Shown here: one piece after another, positions 1 through 12,900 of the stretch
Position numbering within the stretch: the stretch's first letter is position 1
Layout: each line of letters opens with the position of its first letter
DNA from: Schmidtea polychroa
Taxonomy: Eukaryota
Assembly (NCBI GenBank): GCA_044892525.1
Contig: CM097886.1
Coordinates: forward strand, 97,526,001-97,590,000
Reading direction: 5' to 3'
DNA length: 64,000 bases
Notes under the pieces: generated by a model
Seen by the model: the letters and a program-made list of their open reading frames with translations, nothing else
What the model was told of the DNA's origin: nothing
Databases searched by the model: none
Program-made: the position numbers and the translations under genes

Positions 1-717
1 CCCATTGTCTCATTTGTGCAAAGAAAAAACGAAATCTTTTCCTATATATGATGTATTTACAATTTAATTATTAAATTAATATTTATTATTTGGAAAGTTA
101 GGGACACTAAACAAATATCTCTCGCGCAGAATTTCTTTTAGTTGATTTCAATTAAAATTTTTCCAATAAAATAAAATAATCATTAAATAGAATTAATTTA
201 AAAAATAAGGTTTTCCTGCAAAAACAAGATTAAAAGAATTAATATTTTGAAGTGTCACAAAATTTATTATTATTGTTATTGATATAATTATTGTCAGAAA
301 TATTTTGGTTAATATTATTATTATTATTATTGATATTGTTATTGATATAATTATAGTGATGATTAAATTTAAACAATTAAATGATATTTTAAGCCTTTTT
401 TTGCGATTAATATATTTAATATAAATGAATAAATTGTCGACTATTAGATAGGCTTTGACAATCGAAAATTTTTTCATTTGTATTAAATATTGATATAATA
501 ATTGTCAGAAATATTTTGGTTAATATCAATATTATTATTATTATTATTATTATTGATAAAATTACTATTAATTTATTATTGAAAAATTGTTAAGTTAAAC
601 TCTGTTTATTAAGGATGATTAACTCAAAACCCCTCATTTAGTAACCCATATTCACCAAATCAAAATAGCTAAAATTCAGAATGGGAAATGTAATAAATGA
701 GATAATCAGAAATATAA

Positions 718-960
718 TCACATACTTGTATAATTTGATAACAGTTTTGTGGAGTAATCCGCTGTGATCCATTTATATTCAGCACCATTATACAGCTTGT
801 CAAGATCCTCCTTTACTCCATGACAGCTCACGGATTTGATGGAATCTTTTACGTATAATATTGTCAAGTATTTCTGATCTGTAGGAATGATGTACTGATT
901 CGGATCGTTCTTCACGATCTCTAAAACATTATAAAATGAAGTTATCGGAACTGGAAAGAA
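718..960 (-). CDS. Semaphorin-like A exon, second half of Ig-like domain
   Basis: ORF 718..1113 (LEIVKND..SVSCHGVKEDLDKLYNGAEYKWI) aligns with paralog ORF 33916..34206 (LEIITGS..IVCYGVWSDHDKLFGGMEYSWI); GTATGT donor near 722. Confidence 0.7.
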   Translation of the reverse strand, partial: FFPVPITSFYNVLEIVKNDPNQYIIPTDQKYLTILYVKDSIKSVSCHGVKEDLDKLYNGAEYKWITADYSTKLLSNYTSM

Positions 961-3900
961 AGAGATTGAAATGACCGAAAAGTCGGTGAAATTGGAAAAC
1001 TTAAGAAAGATATTGAAGTAAAATGGAGCATTAATTAAAATATTAGAAACACGAAATGGAGAACAATTGAAAAATGATAAAAGTAGTAGAATATGTCCCC
1101 TCCAGGACATCATCCTCCCTCCCGTGTGGAATAATACAATATTAAACTAAAAAATATTTTGTTTGTTTAAAAAATTTTTGAAAAAATTTTAAGTTCCAAA
1201 CACAAGAAATTCTTCCAAAAAAATGATGAATCATACTGTCGGACCAAGTCCTAAAACAACTTAAAGAATCTTCTTCTTGTCTTCTTAATTTTTTGTTTTA
1301 CCTAGCAGCAAGGTTAATAGTCAGCTGAGACGATCCTATAAAACAATCAAACCTTACTAAGAATCGCCATTCGTACATCTTTTTCACTATATACTTCGAT
1401 AGCATCACTATCATCATCAGGTTACTTACATTCCCGACGGATGAATAACTATACTATATTGATAATATATAAACAAATTATAAAATCTATAAATTTTAAA
1501 TTATAAATAAAAATTTTAAACAATTATTTTTTTTAAAATTATTTTAAAATTATTTAAAAAATATTATTTTAATTATTTAACATAACTAATATTCAATATA
1601 CATCAATATACAAAAACTTAATTAAAAACATTCAACACACACTGTATTCTGCACATTGATTTTAGGATTAAAAGTCCTTATCAATAATGCTTCACATATC
1701 ACACACTTAAAACAATTATCAAAATTTTTTGATAAGATTTTAAAATCAGACATTCCTAATTCTCTCATACAGACTTTATTGTGATCCTTAATATTGGACA
1801 TGATAATAGTGATTCTATCGATATATATAGTGAAAAAGATGTACAAATGGCGATTTTTATTAATAAAATCTTTACCGTGTTTATTTAGGTATTTATTTAA
1901 AAATCTTAATAATCATATTAAACATTAAATAAAACAAAATTAAAAATTAATAAAACACGAATAATAAAATAAGAAAAACAAGCAGTTCCACATGAAAGTA
2001 TAAAATAAATAGCTGAAAAAGACAATAGCAGAAATACCACCTTATCCATGGGATAATTCAATCAATGAGGAACAAAAAGAAAAGAAAGTATTTACTTAAA
2101 AACAAATAAATAAACTAACCAATCAAAATGATTGTAATTTGAAAGTTAAAAATGATCAGGAAAAACGATCAAAAACACAACAGATCAATCCTGATTGTCG
2201 AATACATTCACAAAAAACTATATAAGGCAGTCTTAGCAGACACTACCGCTTTTTATACATCAAACGTTTGCGTCTTCAAATTTTAGGCGAATACTTTTTG
2301 TGATCTAAAAAACCAATTTTCTGACGATTAGCTAAACCGTAATTTCAAATTCATCAAAACTCATATAACCCGATTTTTGGATTTTATTTTTTTCAATCAC
2401 TTATACCAGGGGTGGGGAACCTGCGGCCTGCCGGAGCTTCATGTGTGGCCTCCGGAGCCTTATCGAAATCAATCTTAATTTATATAAAAAACCATGAATT
2501 TTGAGGATTTACAAATAAAAATACTCGTAACTACTGAACTGTATATATACCGAACTGTACAAAGAAGAAAATATAAAAGTCAATCATTCACATCCATAAA
2601 TACAAAATGTATGTAGACGAATAAAAAAGATTATTGAGCACTTATTTGTGAAATGATGACTTATTAGCATCAATTTTTCCATTCAGAAATAATAAACATT
2701 TTCAAGAATATTTCGTACAGCCGCATTTTTCAAATCTGGAGACTGATTATAAATATTGTTTTAATTAATAACTGTATATAAACAAAAGATTTAAAATGAA
2801 ATTAATTAATGTTAAAATACTTTTTGACTGCGGCCCCATTTGGAGGCGACAAATTTCAATGTGGCCTTAGAAATATAAGAAATATAAAAGTTCCCCAACT
2901 TCGGACTGTATTCACAGCACAATCGGTAATAATTTTATTGCTATTTCTATTTTTATAGGTAATATTTATGCATGTGTAATCCAATTTAATTTTCATTAAA
3001 ATTATTTATTAGATTCGTTCTTCCTCATATTTATTAACTAAACTTTTAGTATTTTATAATTATCATTTTATCTAATGTAGGTCCTAAACTTCATAGTTTT
3101 ACTTAGTTTGTATTTTTAAATATATAGCGGTGGGACTATCGTGAATTGACTTATTTTCCTGCAGGCTACTTTGCGATGTTTTCTCGCTATCGGTAGGATG
3201 GTTGCAGCGAGATCTCCATACTGGGATCGCGTCGTAGATACTGCTGTTCCTTTTTATTAAAATCTTGCATCGAAAATAGTTTTAGTGAGCTAAAAATTGT
3301 AAAAATTCGCGTATTCAATATCATTTCCAATAATATAACCCATATTTCTCTCACAGACGGTTCCAAATATATTTAGAGAACACCAGAATTCATTTTTAAC
3401 CAAAATTATGAAGAATAATGATAAATAAAATTACTCTCATTAATTCGCCATTGGATTTCCCCCCGCCAATATTCCGAATTATTACAATAAAGGCTAAACG
3501 GGACTTTATCATCATTGGTTCTCATATCTACATTTTGATTGAATGGTTTAATAAATGTTGCGCATTTGAAACCGCGATCCAGCACATCTTGCACAATTGA
3601 TTCCGCCCTGATAAACAATCAATTGCTCATAAATGTGCAAATAATTACTGAGATTTGGCCGCATTATATTCGATGCATCCTTTCTTACCATTGTCCCACA
3701 TACATTCAGGATCACTTGCGCAATTAATACATGTTGTGTAATTCATTGAACAATTGATCTTCATATTGACCGGGTGGATATTATTTGTTGTCAACACGTG
3801 CAAATAATTCCCCTGCAATAATTTCATTTTTCATTGCCATTTATCATCGAGTTACTTTTCTCAAAACATCTTTCACAATATGGAATTGTGGATCTCGATT

Positions 3901-6900
3901 TATTGGAAAGCTCGACTCGTCTTCACTAGTGACAATTTTCTTGTCCATTAATAAAGAACTGGCTCGGAATTGAACGGATTGACCTCTTTTCCGAGCTTCC
4001 ATTGGTGTGTATTGCCGATATAGATACGGTTGATCAGTATGCCGGAATATGCACCAATTGTACCATTGTCCTGAGGATTTATCCTCTCCATGATTCAGCA
4101 TCCCATTGTCGAAATCACAGAGAACAACTCGATATAAATGGCCATGAGCTGGAACGTTATATTCGTAATAATATCTATAGCAGATGAAAGAACTCATAAT
4201 CTCACCAGAATTATTGTTATTATAATTTAATAATTTGCAATTTATTATTATCCGATTTTATTATTAAAATTATCATACTTGATATAATATTAACAATCAT
4301 GAGAGGAGAAAATAATTTCCTGTAACCAAGACTCATCACGTTTTCCTTCTTTATTTCATGCCTGGAAATAATGAAGATCAAAAAAATTTCAAATGAAAAC
4401 TTTTATGTTTGGAATGTCTATAGATTTCAAAAAACCTTTTTAAAGGTGATTTATGTTAAGTTTGATCTTTAAATGTTGGTTCAATGAACGAGAATGAACA
4501 AAAAGTAATGATAATAGATTAAGGACGACAAAATACCATAATGGATATACAATGCATATTATACATTTGATTGAATACTAGGACAATAATCCTATGTTCA
4601 TGCATTAACTCTAAACTATGAAAAATAATTTTGCTGAAAATTTGGCATTATATCGTTTTGTAATCATTATATTCATTATATGGTCAAGGAAGCGTAAGAA
4701 TTCGATTGGTTTATATAGAGAGAATTTGAATTTCATCAAATAAAAGGCGATAATTTGAACATATATTATTTAATCATGGCTAAAAATCAATACCGCGGCG
4801 ACCTTTTTCAATTCCTTAAGCATTATTTTTTTAGGATATCTACATTTATTTAGGAAGAAGTAATAATAGTACAAATTTGATATAAAAATGTGCAATAACA
4901 ATTTCATTGTACAAAAAAAATGACAAGTAATCTTTTTGAACACAAAAAAATCTTTAATAGCTACATATTTTAAGAAAATTTATTTTATTGCACTTTTCTG
5001 ACTTTCATTTTAGCAAATTCTTGGTGTAATTATGACAAGATAATGTATGACAGATAATAACAAAGTCTTGCTGAATGATAACATCCTATGTGGCAATTAA
5101 GCAACAGTTTATTTTCATATTACTCACTAGGCACTGGCCTAACTAGGAAGTTTCTGTTATATCTCGTTTCTGTTAATTATAAACGCAAAAACATGTTACG
5201 GTTTTGTGTGTTTAAGTAACTCGTCCATTAGATAACATTCTATGTAGTTACAGTAATAGATGAAAGTTAAATGGATATGGAGAAGAAAATTAAGCCGAAA
5301 ACCAAGGAATGAAAATGAATGTATTTGAAGCAGAATAGTACTGTTAGTGTTATGTCTGAGGTCTTTGGATGCTTGCCTAGGTGTAGATTAATGAAGACTA
5401 TAAATAGAATATATATTATAACATTTACTACAAATAGAATAAATGAACTTATATTTAGCAATTAAATATTGATAAAAATAAGCAATAAATATAAATAATA
5501 ATAAGATAACGCCAATCAAACATTCTTTTCACGATATATTTGACAGTTTTCCTGTCATCAACAGGTGAGATATAATAACTAAAATAAATTAAGGATTTAA
5601 AAAAAATTTATTAATTATATAAAAAATTTTTATTTAATAAAAACATTTAAAACGTTCTTGTGATTTGTGAGGTGCTGTTGATAAAGTTAGTGAATCCGAA
5701 AATTAATGTGCAGAATGCAGCGAATACTTGTATTTTGAATGTTTTTAAATAATTTTTTTTGTATATTGTATGTGTTGATTAATTGTGTTAAATTAAATAA
5801 TTAATAAAATTTTTAAATTATTAAATTAAATTCTGAATGCTAAAATTTTAAAAATAATATATTAATTTAATTATAATTTTTAAAAGTATTTAAAAATTTT
5901 TTTTTAAATAATCTTGATGTAGAGTATCTTGCGAAAGAAAGCCGAACCAGAATATCCATGTGGGAATCAAGTGTTACGGTAAATTGCTAAATGATGAAAA
6001 ATCTTGTAGCTGCCTTAGATATTGTTCTGATTCGATGCACTATGACTTCTTGGAGATGTTTCAATTCGCTAAGAGAGTGTAGGTAAGAAAATGTGTGCTG
6101 TTTATTCAGTGGAGGATGTGTTGTGTGGATGAACAAAGGGAAATGTTTCTTGGGCATACGTTTATTAGTCGATAAAAATGTAGAAATGATAGTTTGGCCA
6201 CTAAATACAGGAGCCAAAAACACATATCTCTAATATGCACCGGTAAATTTAATAACAGTATATAATTAATTGATCCGGACTTTAGTATAAACACAGGATA
6301 TATTGTTCCATCAACTATTTGACAAAATGGATACCAAGCTCTTTCATCAAACCAATTTACAAAATTATAAAATCAATTTTCAACCATATAATGGGTGGGA
6401 TGATAGTTAATGCATGGATCGAATTCATGTATTATACTTTCAAATCGAATAACGGAAATAAATGTGAACTAATTCCAACTAGCCAAGCAAGTGATAAAAT
6501 AAAGAATGTCAAAACATAATTCACCAGTAGATGCAATTTAATGAAAGATTAATTATCATTCCTGAAAGTATCTTTCGTCAGCAAAGATAAGAGCATAAAG
6601 TTGTTAATATTGAAATATCGATGCATATTTAGAGAATTTTCTTGAAAAGCTTTCACTGCAGAAATTAAGCAATTGTAAATAACAATGAAAAATAGAATCA
6701 AAAATCCGAATAGAGACGTAAAAAACTTTATTATTTCAACAAACAATTTATTGTTTCAGCTAGAAAACTAAATTGTACTGTAAATAAATCAAAATTCAAT
6801 TGAACGAAATTTGATTAATCTGTATTTTTAAATTTCGTAATATAACATAAATAATAAATAAACATGTAAAGTTTATTTAAAGTACTTTTAATTAATTTTT

Positions 6901-9900
6901 TTTAATTTTATAAAAAAACTTCATTTGCTGCAAAAACCACCCATGGAAGACCACCACATTGTGAAGCATGATCAAATGAGAATATATGATGAAGAATTTT
7001 CAGCGTTTTTCGATGGGAATAAATGGATTGTAAACATGAAGTGTAAAGAAAATCTTGCCATACGGAAAAACAATCTTGCAGATTATGCAGTGAAACAAGA
7101 AACATAGCAGGAATACGAGAATGAGGTGGACGATGAAACAAAGAGGACTAATTTATTCTGGTGAACGAAGAATGTCAAAGTATTTTGCTTTATTTGGAAG
7201 CTGTGCAATAAAACAAATGGAAAATTTGGCCAGTTCTTGACTTCAAAGAGATCAATAATTACGTTAAGAGTCACGCCGGTAACAATCATATATGTAGAGA
7301 AAGTAAATTCACTACATTTCGCCCCCCCCCCCCCATTTTCGGAATATCGGGGCGCCTTTATCATTATTATTATTATTATTATCATTAACATTATTATCAA
7401 CATTGTTATTAATATTTTTATTATCATTATTATCTTTATTATCATCATTATTATTATTATCATTATCATTAATATTAATATTACTATCATTATTACCATT
7501 AATATCATTATTATTACCCACCCTATATTTTTATTTATTTTTGATAAAATGTAACTTCTTGGACCCAATACACCATCCACGGGTCGTCACCATCTTTCTG
7601 CAATCTTTTGAACCTAAACTCGCTGCTTTTCGATTAAGACGTGGAAACTCATTGGCACACTGCAGTGACATTTTTCATACGGCGGTCCCTTGTTGTTCTT
7701 TTAATGGCGCGATTCTAAACTACGAGGAGTCACTTTTTTGATGCCGGCGTCACCTCAGGATCCATCATCATATCTTATTCATTGATACATGGCCAGAATT
7801 TTATCTCTCAATTTACAGAAACATTTATGTCGCCTTTCTTCTGTGATAGGTCACACAACTCCGAAAACCTGTCAAACCCTTTCGAGGAACACAGTACCGG
7901 TTTGCTAAACCTATTTAAAGTCCTAAGACAGGAGATTTTCTCCAAATATTTTAAAGTCCAATCTTTAGGGACATGCAAACCATCAGAGTTTTTGCAGAAA
8001 GCCATCCCATACCTTGAACAAATGCAAAGCGGCACTACACCTGACCAAAACATTTTGCGTCAGTTTTCCTTCAGTGTTTTTCCAACACAAACACAGTAAA
8101 TTCAGACCCTGTCCTTTCCGGAAGACATTATCGAGCTCGCCAAAATTGCCTACAAAATTCACGAAATTGTCCCATTATGTGGCACCTCATGCAAATTTGT
8201 TAATAGCCTTCCTATAGCTAGCTCACTGCAGTTAGACCGTCTCATCGTAATCTATATAAATCTTATATGCAAAAATGGAACGTTGTTTTCCATTCACCGA
8301 AATCGGAAACTATTCAGAATTATATGTTCGAAAACAACCAGATTACTATGAACCAGTGATATTTTCCAATACCCTACTGCGGGTAATCTTTGCTATGCAT
8401 ATTCGCTGCTGTGATTCGATCATCATCAATGACTTTGAAAATATGTCCAACAAATCAATAAATAAGCATCTGTCAAATCCTCGATTGTCACTTACTGGAC
8501 CTCATTGGATCAAATGAACCTTAATAAAAAATTTTCCCCTTTTTCATATCGCCGCCTGTCTCAAAGAGATAACTTGTCAAACGATAAGCTGACATCGAAC
8601 CCCTCTCAATTTGACATCGATATTGTCAAAGATTTAATCAATGCAGAATTAAATAATTATAGTTTTATCTCAATGAATTTCAAATCTACAACAAAATATA
8701 ATAAATGTCAAAATAACTTTCAAGATTTCTTTTTTTACCAGAAAATAAAAACTTGTGTTTAGAACAATGTCTGCAAATTATTTTTTAAATTTAATTCTTA
8801 TCGCGTAAATAACAAAGACAAATTCAATTGTTTGAAAAAATTAATTAGTTTTTGTGGAACAAAACTTTTTGTGCTTTAAATAAAGCTGTTTTTGAAAAGA
8901 ATTTGAATTAAAATTTTGTTGTTCAAAATTTGTTAATTTATTAAATTTTGATATTTTATAACTTAAAGTTTGGAAATAAGTTTCCATTTTTAGAGTCATA
9001 TAATATTTATTCATGACTGAAAAATATACTTATTTGAACACCATCACCACACTCACCAATGCCTTCAGGTACAGAAAACGCCCTTGATTGCGCTATCCGT
9101 GAACCGACTGACCGTATTTCTCATCTTGAACGTCACAGGTACCTTCTCTTATTACAAAACCAAGAGATTCAATAAAAAAATGCAAATGTTAATGCAATCA
9201 GAATACAACCTTGTCGCAGTGGGGAGCTGTCATGGATCAGAAGATCATTATCAGTGCAATCGAAAGTGAAGTCATATGCGAAAAGATTGTCAGATATTAC
9301 TTGGAAAGAATATAGCATTTCAGAACTTACATATAATAATTGGTGATGTTATCCGCAACCAGAAATACATTTTTAAACTCGACTCCTGGAATCAGAACGG
9401 TGGCATTGAAACTGTAGAGCTAAATTAAATAAAACTTAGAGAAAATTAATAGAAAGTCTTGAATTAACTTCAGCTGCTGAAAACTGACAAATGGCCGAGG
9501 GTATCGAGGACAACCGATTTGGTAACTCATTTGGCCAACCTGTGTTGCTAAAGTTCATAATTTTCAGAAATTTATCCTTTGTCAGAGTTTCAAAGAAAGA
9601 AGGATCATGACATTTACCGATATTATCAAAAACATTTTTGTAATATTCTCGGTCTTTGTTATCGCCGATTAGGACACCTTGATTCCAATATGGATAAACT
9701 GTCAGTCCACTGGTCCTATGAAGAGTTCTGCTGTAAAAATTCGAAACACTTGCAGAATTCAATAGCATAAGCTCTTCATATGCGTTTTTCGCGTTCAACA
9801 TATTAGTAAGATGATAAGGCTTTTTCTTTGATCCAATTTCATTAAATATATTTCCATTGATTCTTTTATAATAAAAACGGTCAAAAGAATAGACATGGTT

Positions 9901-12900
9901 ATAAGATTTCTTACTGTAATTGACAAAGAGCACCTGTTGATGACATTGCGGTACCCCTTATTCCAGGGCTATTGAATAAACCTATCAGAGGAATTTGTTC
10001 ATGTGATTGCTTGGAACAACCGAAATATTTGTTGTTATTTTTGGTTTTGAATTTGATCGTTTTACTTGGATCAAATATAACGTCGGCTAAAAATATATTT
10101 ATATTGAAAGTTGTAATATGTTGTCAAGATATATTTTATCATTTTGCTCCAAAGAAATTATTTTGAATGTATAAGAAATGCAAAGGGACATATGCAGTGG
10201 CGTAGTGAGGCAAAGTGCCGCCCTTGTCCATTTTTATTTGGTTACTTGAGTTTTTATTTTGAATTTTTGGCTGACTAATTTTGGGTTATTGTGCACATAA
10301 TATGCACTGTACAAACTGTACCAATAAATGCAATTTTATTGAAATCTGGATTTAATAAAAAAACATATAAAAAGGTGAATGTTATCCTTTAGACTACTTT
10401 AACTTAGCTTTTAACTTAGTCTTAAACTAGTACTAGGGACTAATAGGGAACCAGACTAGTAACAAATTAAAAAGTCCTAAACAATCTTATTTCACTGACT
10501 CTTACTAGAGTTCTCAGACTAGAATAAAAAGGCTAGTCGGTATCATAAATTTTTGTATGCATAATGCAGGATATGATGTATTGATACTTATTAGCCCAGC
10601 ATTTTTTGAAAGCAAAAGTTAAAACTAATAGTATAATTTTCATTAATGTAATTTAATTTAACATCATATCAACAGTCAAGTTATCGACTTAGGAACATCA
10701 AAATTTAAAATTGCACTTTTCTTGCTACCAATTAGAGTTTGCAAAAAAACCGGTTTTTGCAAACCGCGGTTTTCGGTTTTTCAAATTTGAGAAACCGCGG
10801 TTTTCGGTTCGGTTTTCGGTTTCTAAAAAAGTAAAAGGAAATAAAAAGGCATAAGTATATTTATTGCTTTTTCAATAATATATTTCTATTTAAAAGTATA
10901 ATGTATTTCATACAAGAAATATATATAATAAAATCATAGCTGCAACATATAAAATAGTAATAATGTTGTTTAATAAATAATATAACAATATTCCTATTCT
11001 GTCGACAATGCAGATATGAATTTCTAATTCACTTACATTGTTCACAGAGAATATAAAATAACACAGATAATTAATAGTATTTTGTTTATACATATACTAT
11101 AGTTCAGTAATATTAGTATATGTATGTAATCGTACATTTGTACAACTAATATAAATAAAAATTAAAATAAATAAAATAGAAAATTTCATTTAGCTGTTAT
11201 TGGTACCAATGCTTGGAAATCTGTAATAACTGTGTCGAAGTTAATCTTTTTGGACAACTGCCGTTCAATTGAAAGAATTGCTAAATTGGAAAATCGTGAT
11301 TCATTCATTGTAGATCTTAGATAGGTCTTGATCAATTTTAGTTTAGAAAAACATCTTTCACACCTAGCAACACTTATGCACATTGCTAAAAAAATTCGGA
11401 GTGCAATGACTAAGTTGAACAAAGATTAAGTGTATCCCCATTTGACAATCCACTGATGTAGTTCGATAACTCCTCAGTTGTTCACTTCCGTTGATATTAT
11501 TTCTTCATAACTGCTCAGACGTCTACGAAGAGATTGAACCTCATTTTTAAGATCTTGTGAAATAATTTCGTCATATACCATACACAGTGTATCAATTGCT
11601 TCATCAATACCCGTGTCATTTGCTGTATTTCTAAGAAATTCCACTTGTGGTAGAAATCCAAATTTAGTATTCATTCCCTTAATTTGTCGAAATCTCTGTT
11701 CAATTTCGGCAAACAATCGGTCAAGGATTTGTTTTTGTTCTCGGTTTATTTCATGTGCTTCCTCTCCCGGCATTCTTTTCTTTCAACACACACGTCTTTC
11801 AATTGTAATTTCGAAGAAAGCGTATTTATCTGTAGCATGAGCATTTTCAACTAAATTTTCTCTTTCTTTAACAACAAATTTAAGAAGGGATGCTATGTCA
11901 GTTGCACATTTATCTAAACCAAGACCCTTTCCTTTGTTTGAAATTTTTTTGAGTTTCAATTATTTCTTTTAGCAAGTGGCTCCAGAAATGCTAGTATGAA
12001 AAGAACGAATAAGACATCATATTAACAAGAAGATTTCCAGCATCACCTTTAGTTTCTGCAGTTTCAGAATCGCCGTCATGCAGCTCTTCCAGAGATTCAA
12101 CAAATCCTTTTGTATTTGAAGCTACTGCTTCATCTAAATCATGTTTGAAACTGCAACAAGTTTCACAAACTCGTTTGACAGTTTTCCTGACATGTGAAAT
12201 AACAATGGACCAGCTATGTGTTTACGCAGAAAAAAAGACATACAATTTTTCAATTGTTCCAAAAAATGTTACTGCATTAACTTTCACAGCACAATACACT
12301 CCTGCTAAATTTAAACTATGATTTGTACAAGGGTGGATATTTAAGATACGCTCTCCAACCCCAGTATGAATTCCAGCCATCGTCGCAGCATTGTCGTATC
12401 CTTAACTTCTAATGAGGTCGATCATTTTTGAGTTTTTCGATTATCTGCTCTGTTAGCACTGATGCAGTTTTACCATCAAGAGGGTAGAAATTTACAAACG
12501 ATTCTTTGACAACTACAGTTCCTTCACAAATATCGACATAACGAAGAACCTGAGACATCTGGTCAATATTGGATAGATCCGGCGTGCTATCGAAAATAAT
12601 TGTAAAATACTTTGATGGGTATGACACAGTTTTGTCCCACTCGCAACTTTTGTGATGTGTTCTCTTAAAACTGCATCATATTTCCCCGCGAGTTTCATTA
12701 ATTCAATAAAATTTCCAGAATTAATATCAGATTCTTCTAATAATTTCTCGCGATGTCCTCTAAGTGGGAGGTTTTATATGGATAAAAAGAAAATCCTATC
12801 CAAAGTTCGTTTTAAAATATCCCTCCATTAGGCGGCATTCTTAGCAATTTTCAGTTGAAGTTCACAATCAATCGTTAAGCTTGCTTCAAGGCGTATCTTT

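Noticed and set aside
7083-7741. Long poly-I/N/L ORFs (7083..7580, 7237..7554, 7312..7521, 7403..7741) and similar at 193..477, 30906..31310, 38741..38951
   Set aside because: Translations of (ATT)n microsatellites; no coding signal
8120-8200. Minus-strand CMRCHIMGQFREFC as a gag zinc knuckle
   Set aside because: His is missing, and the plus strand over the same bases fits a longer Gypsy gag pattern
8230-9290. Short ORFs 8275..8517, 8505..8762, 9084..9269
   Set aside because: No recognisable motifs and no counterpart in paralog B; likely TE debris
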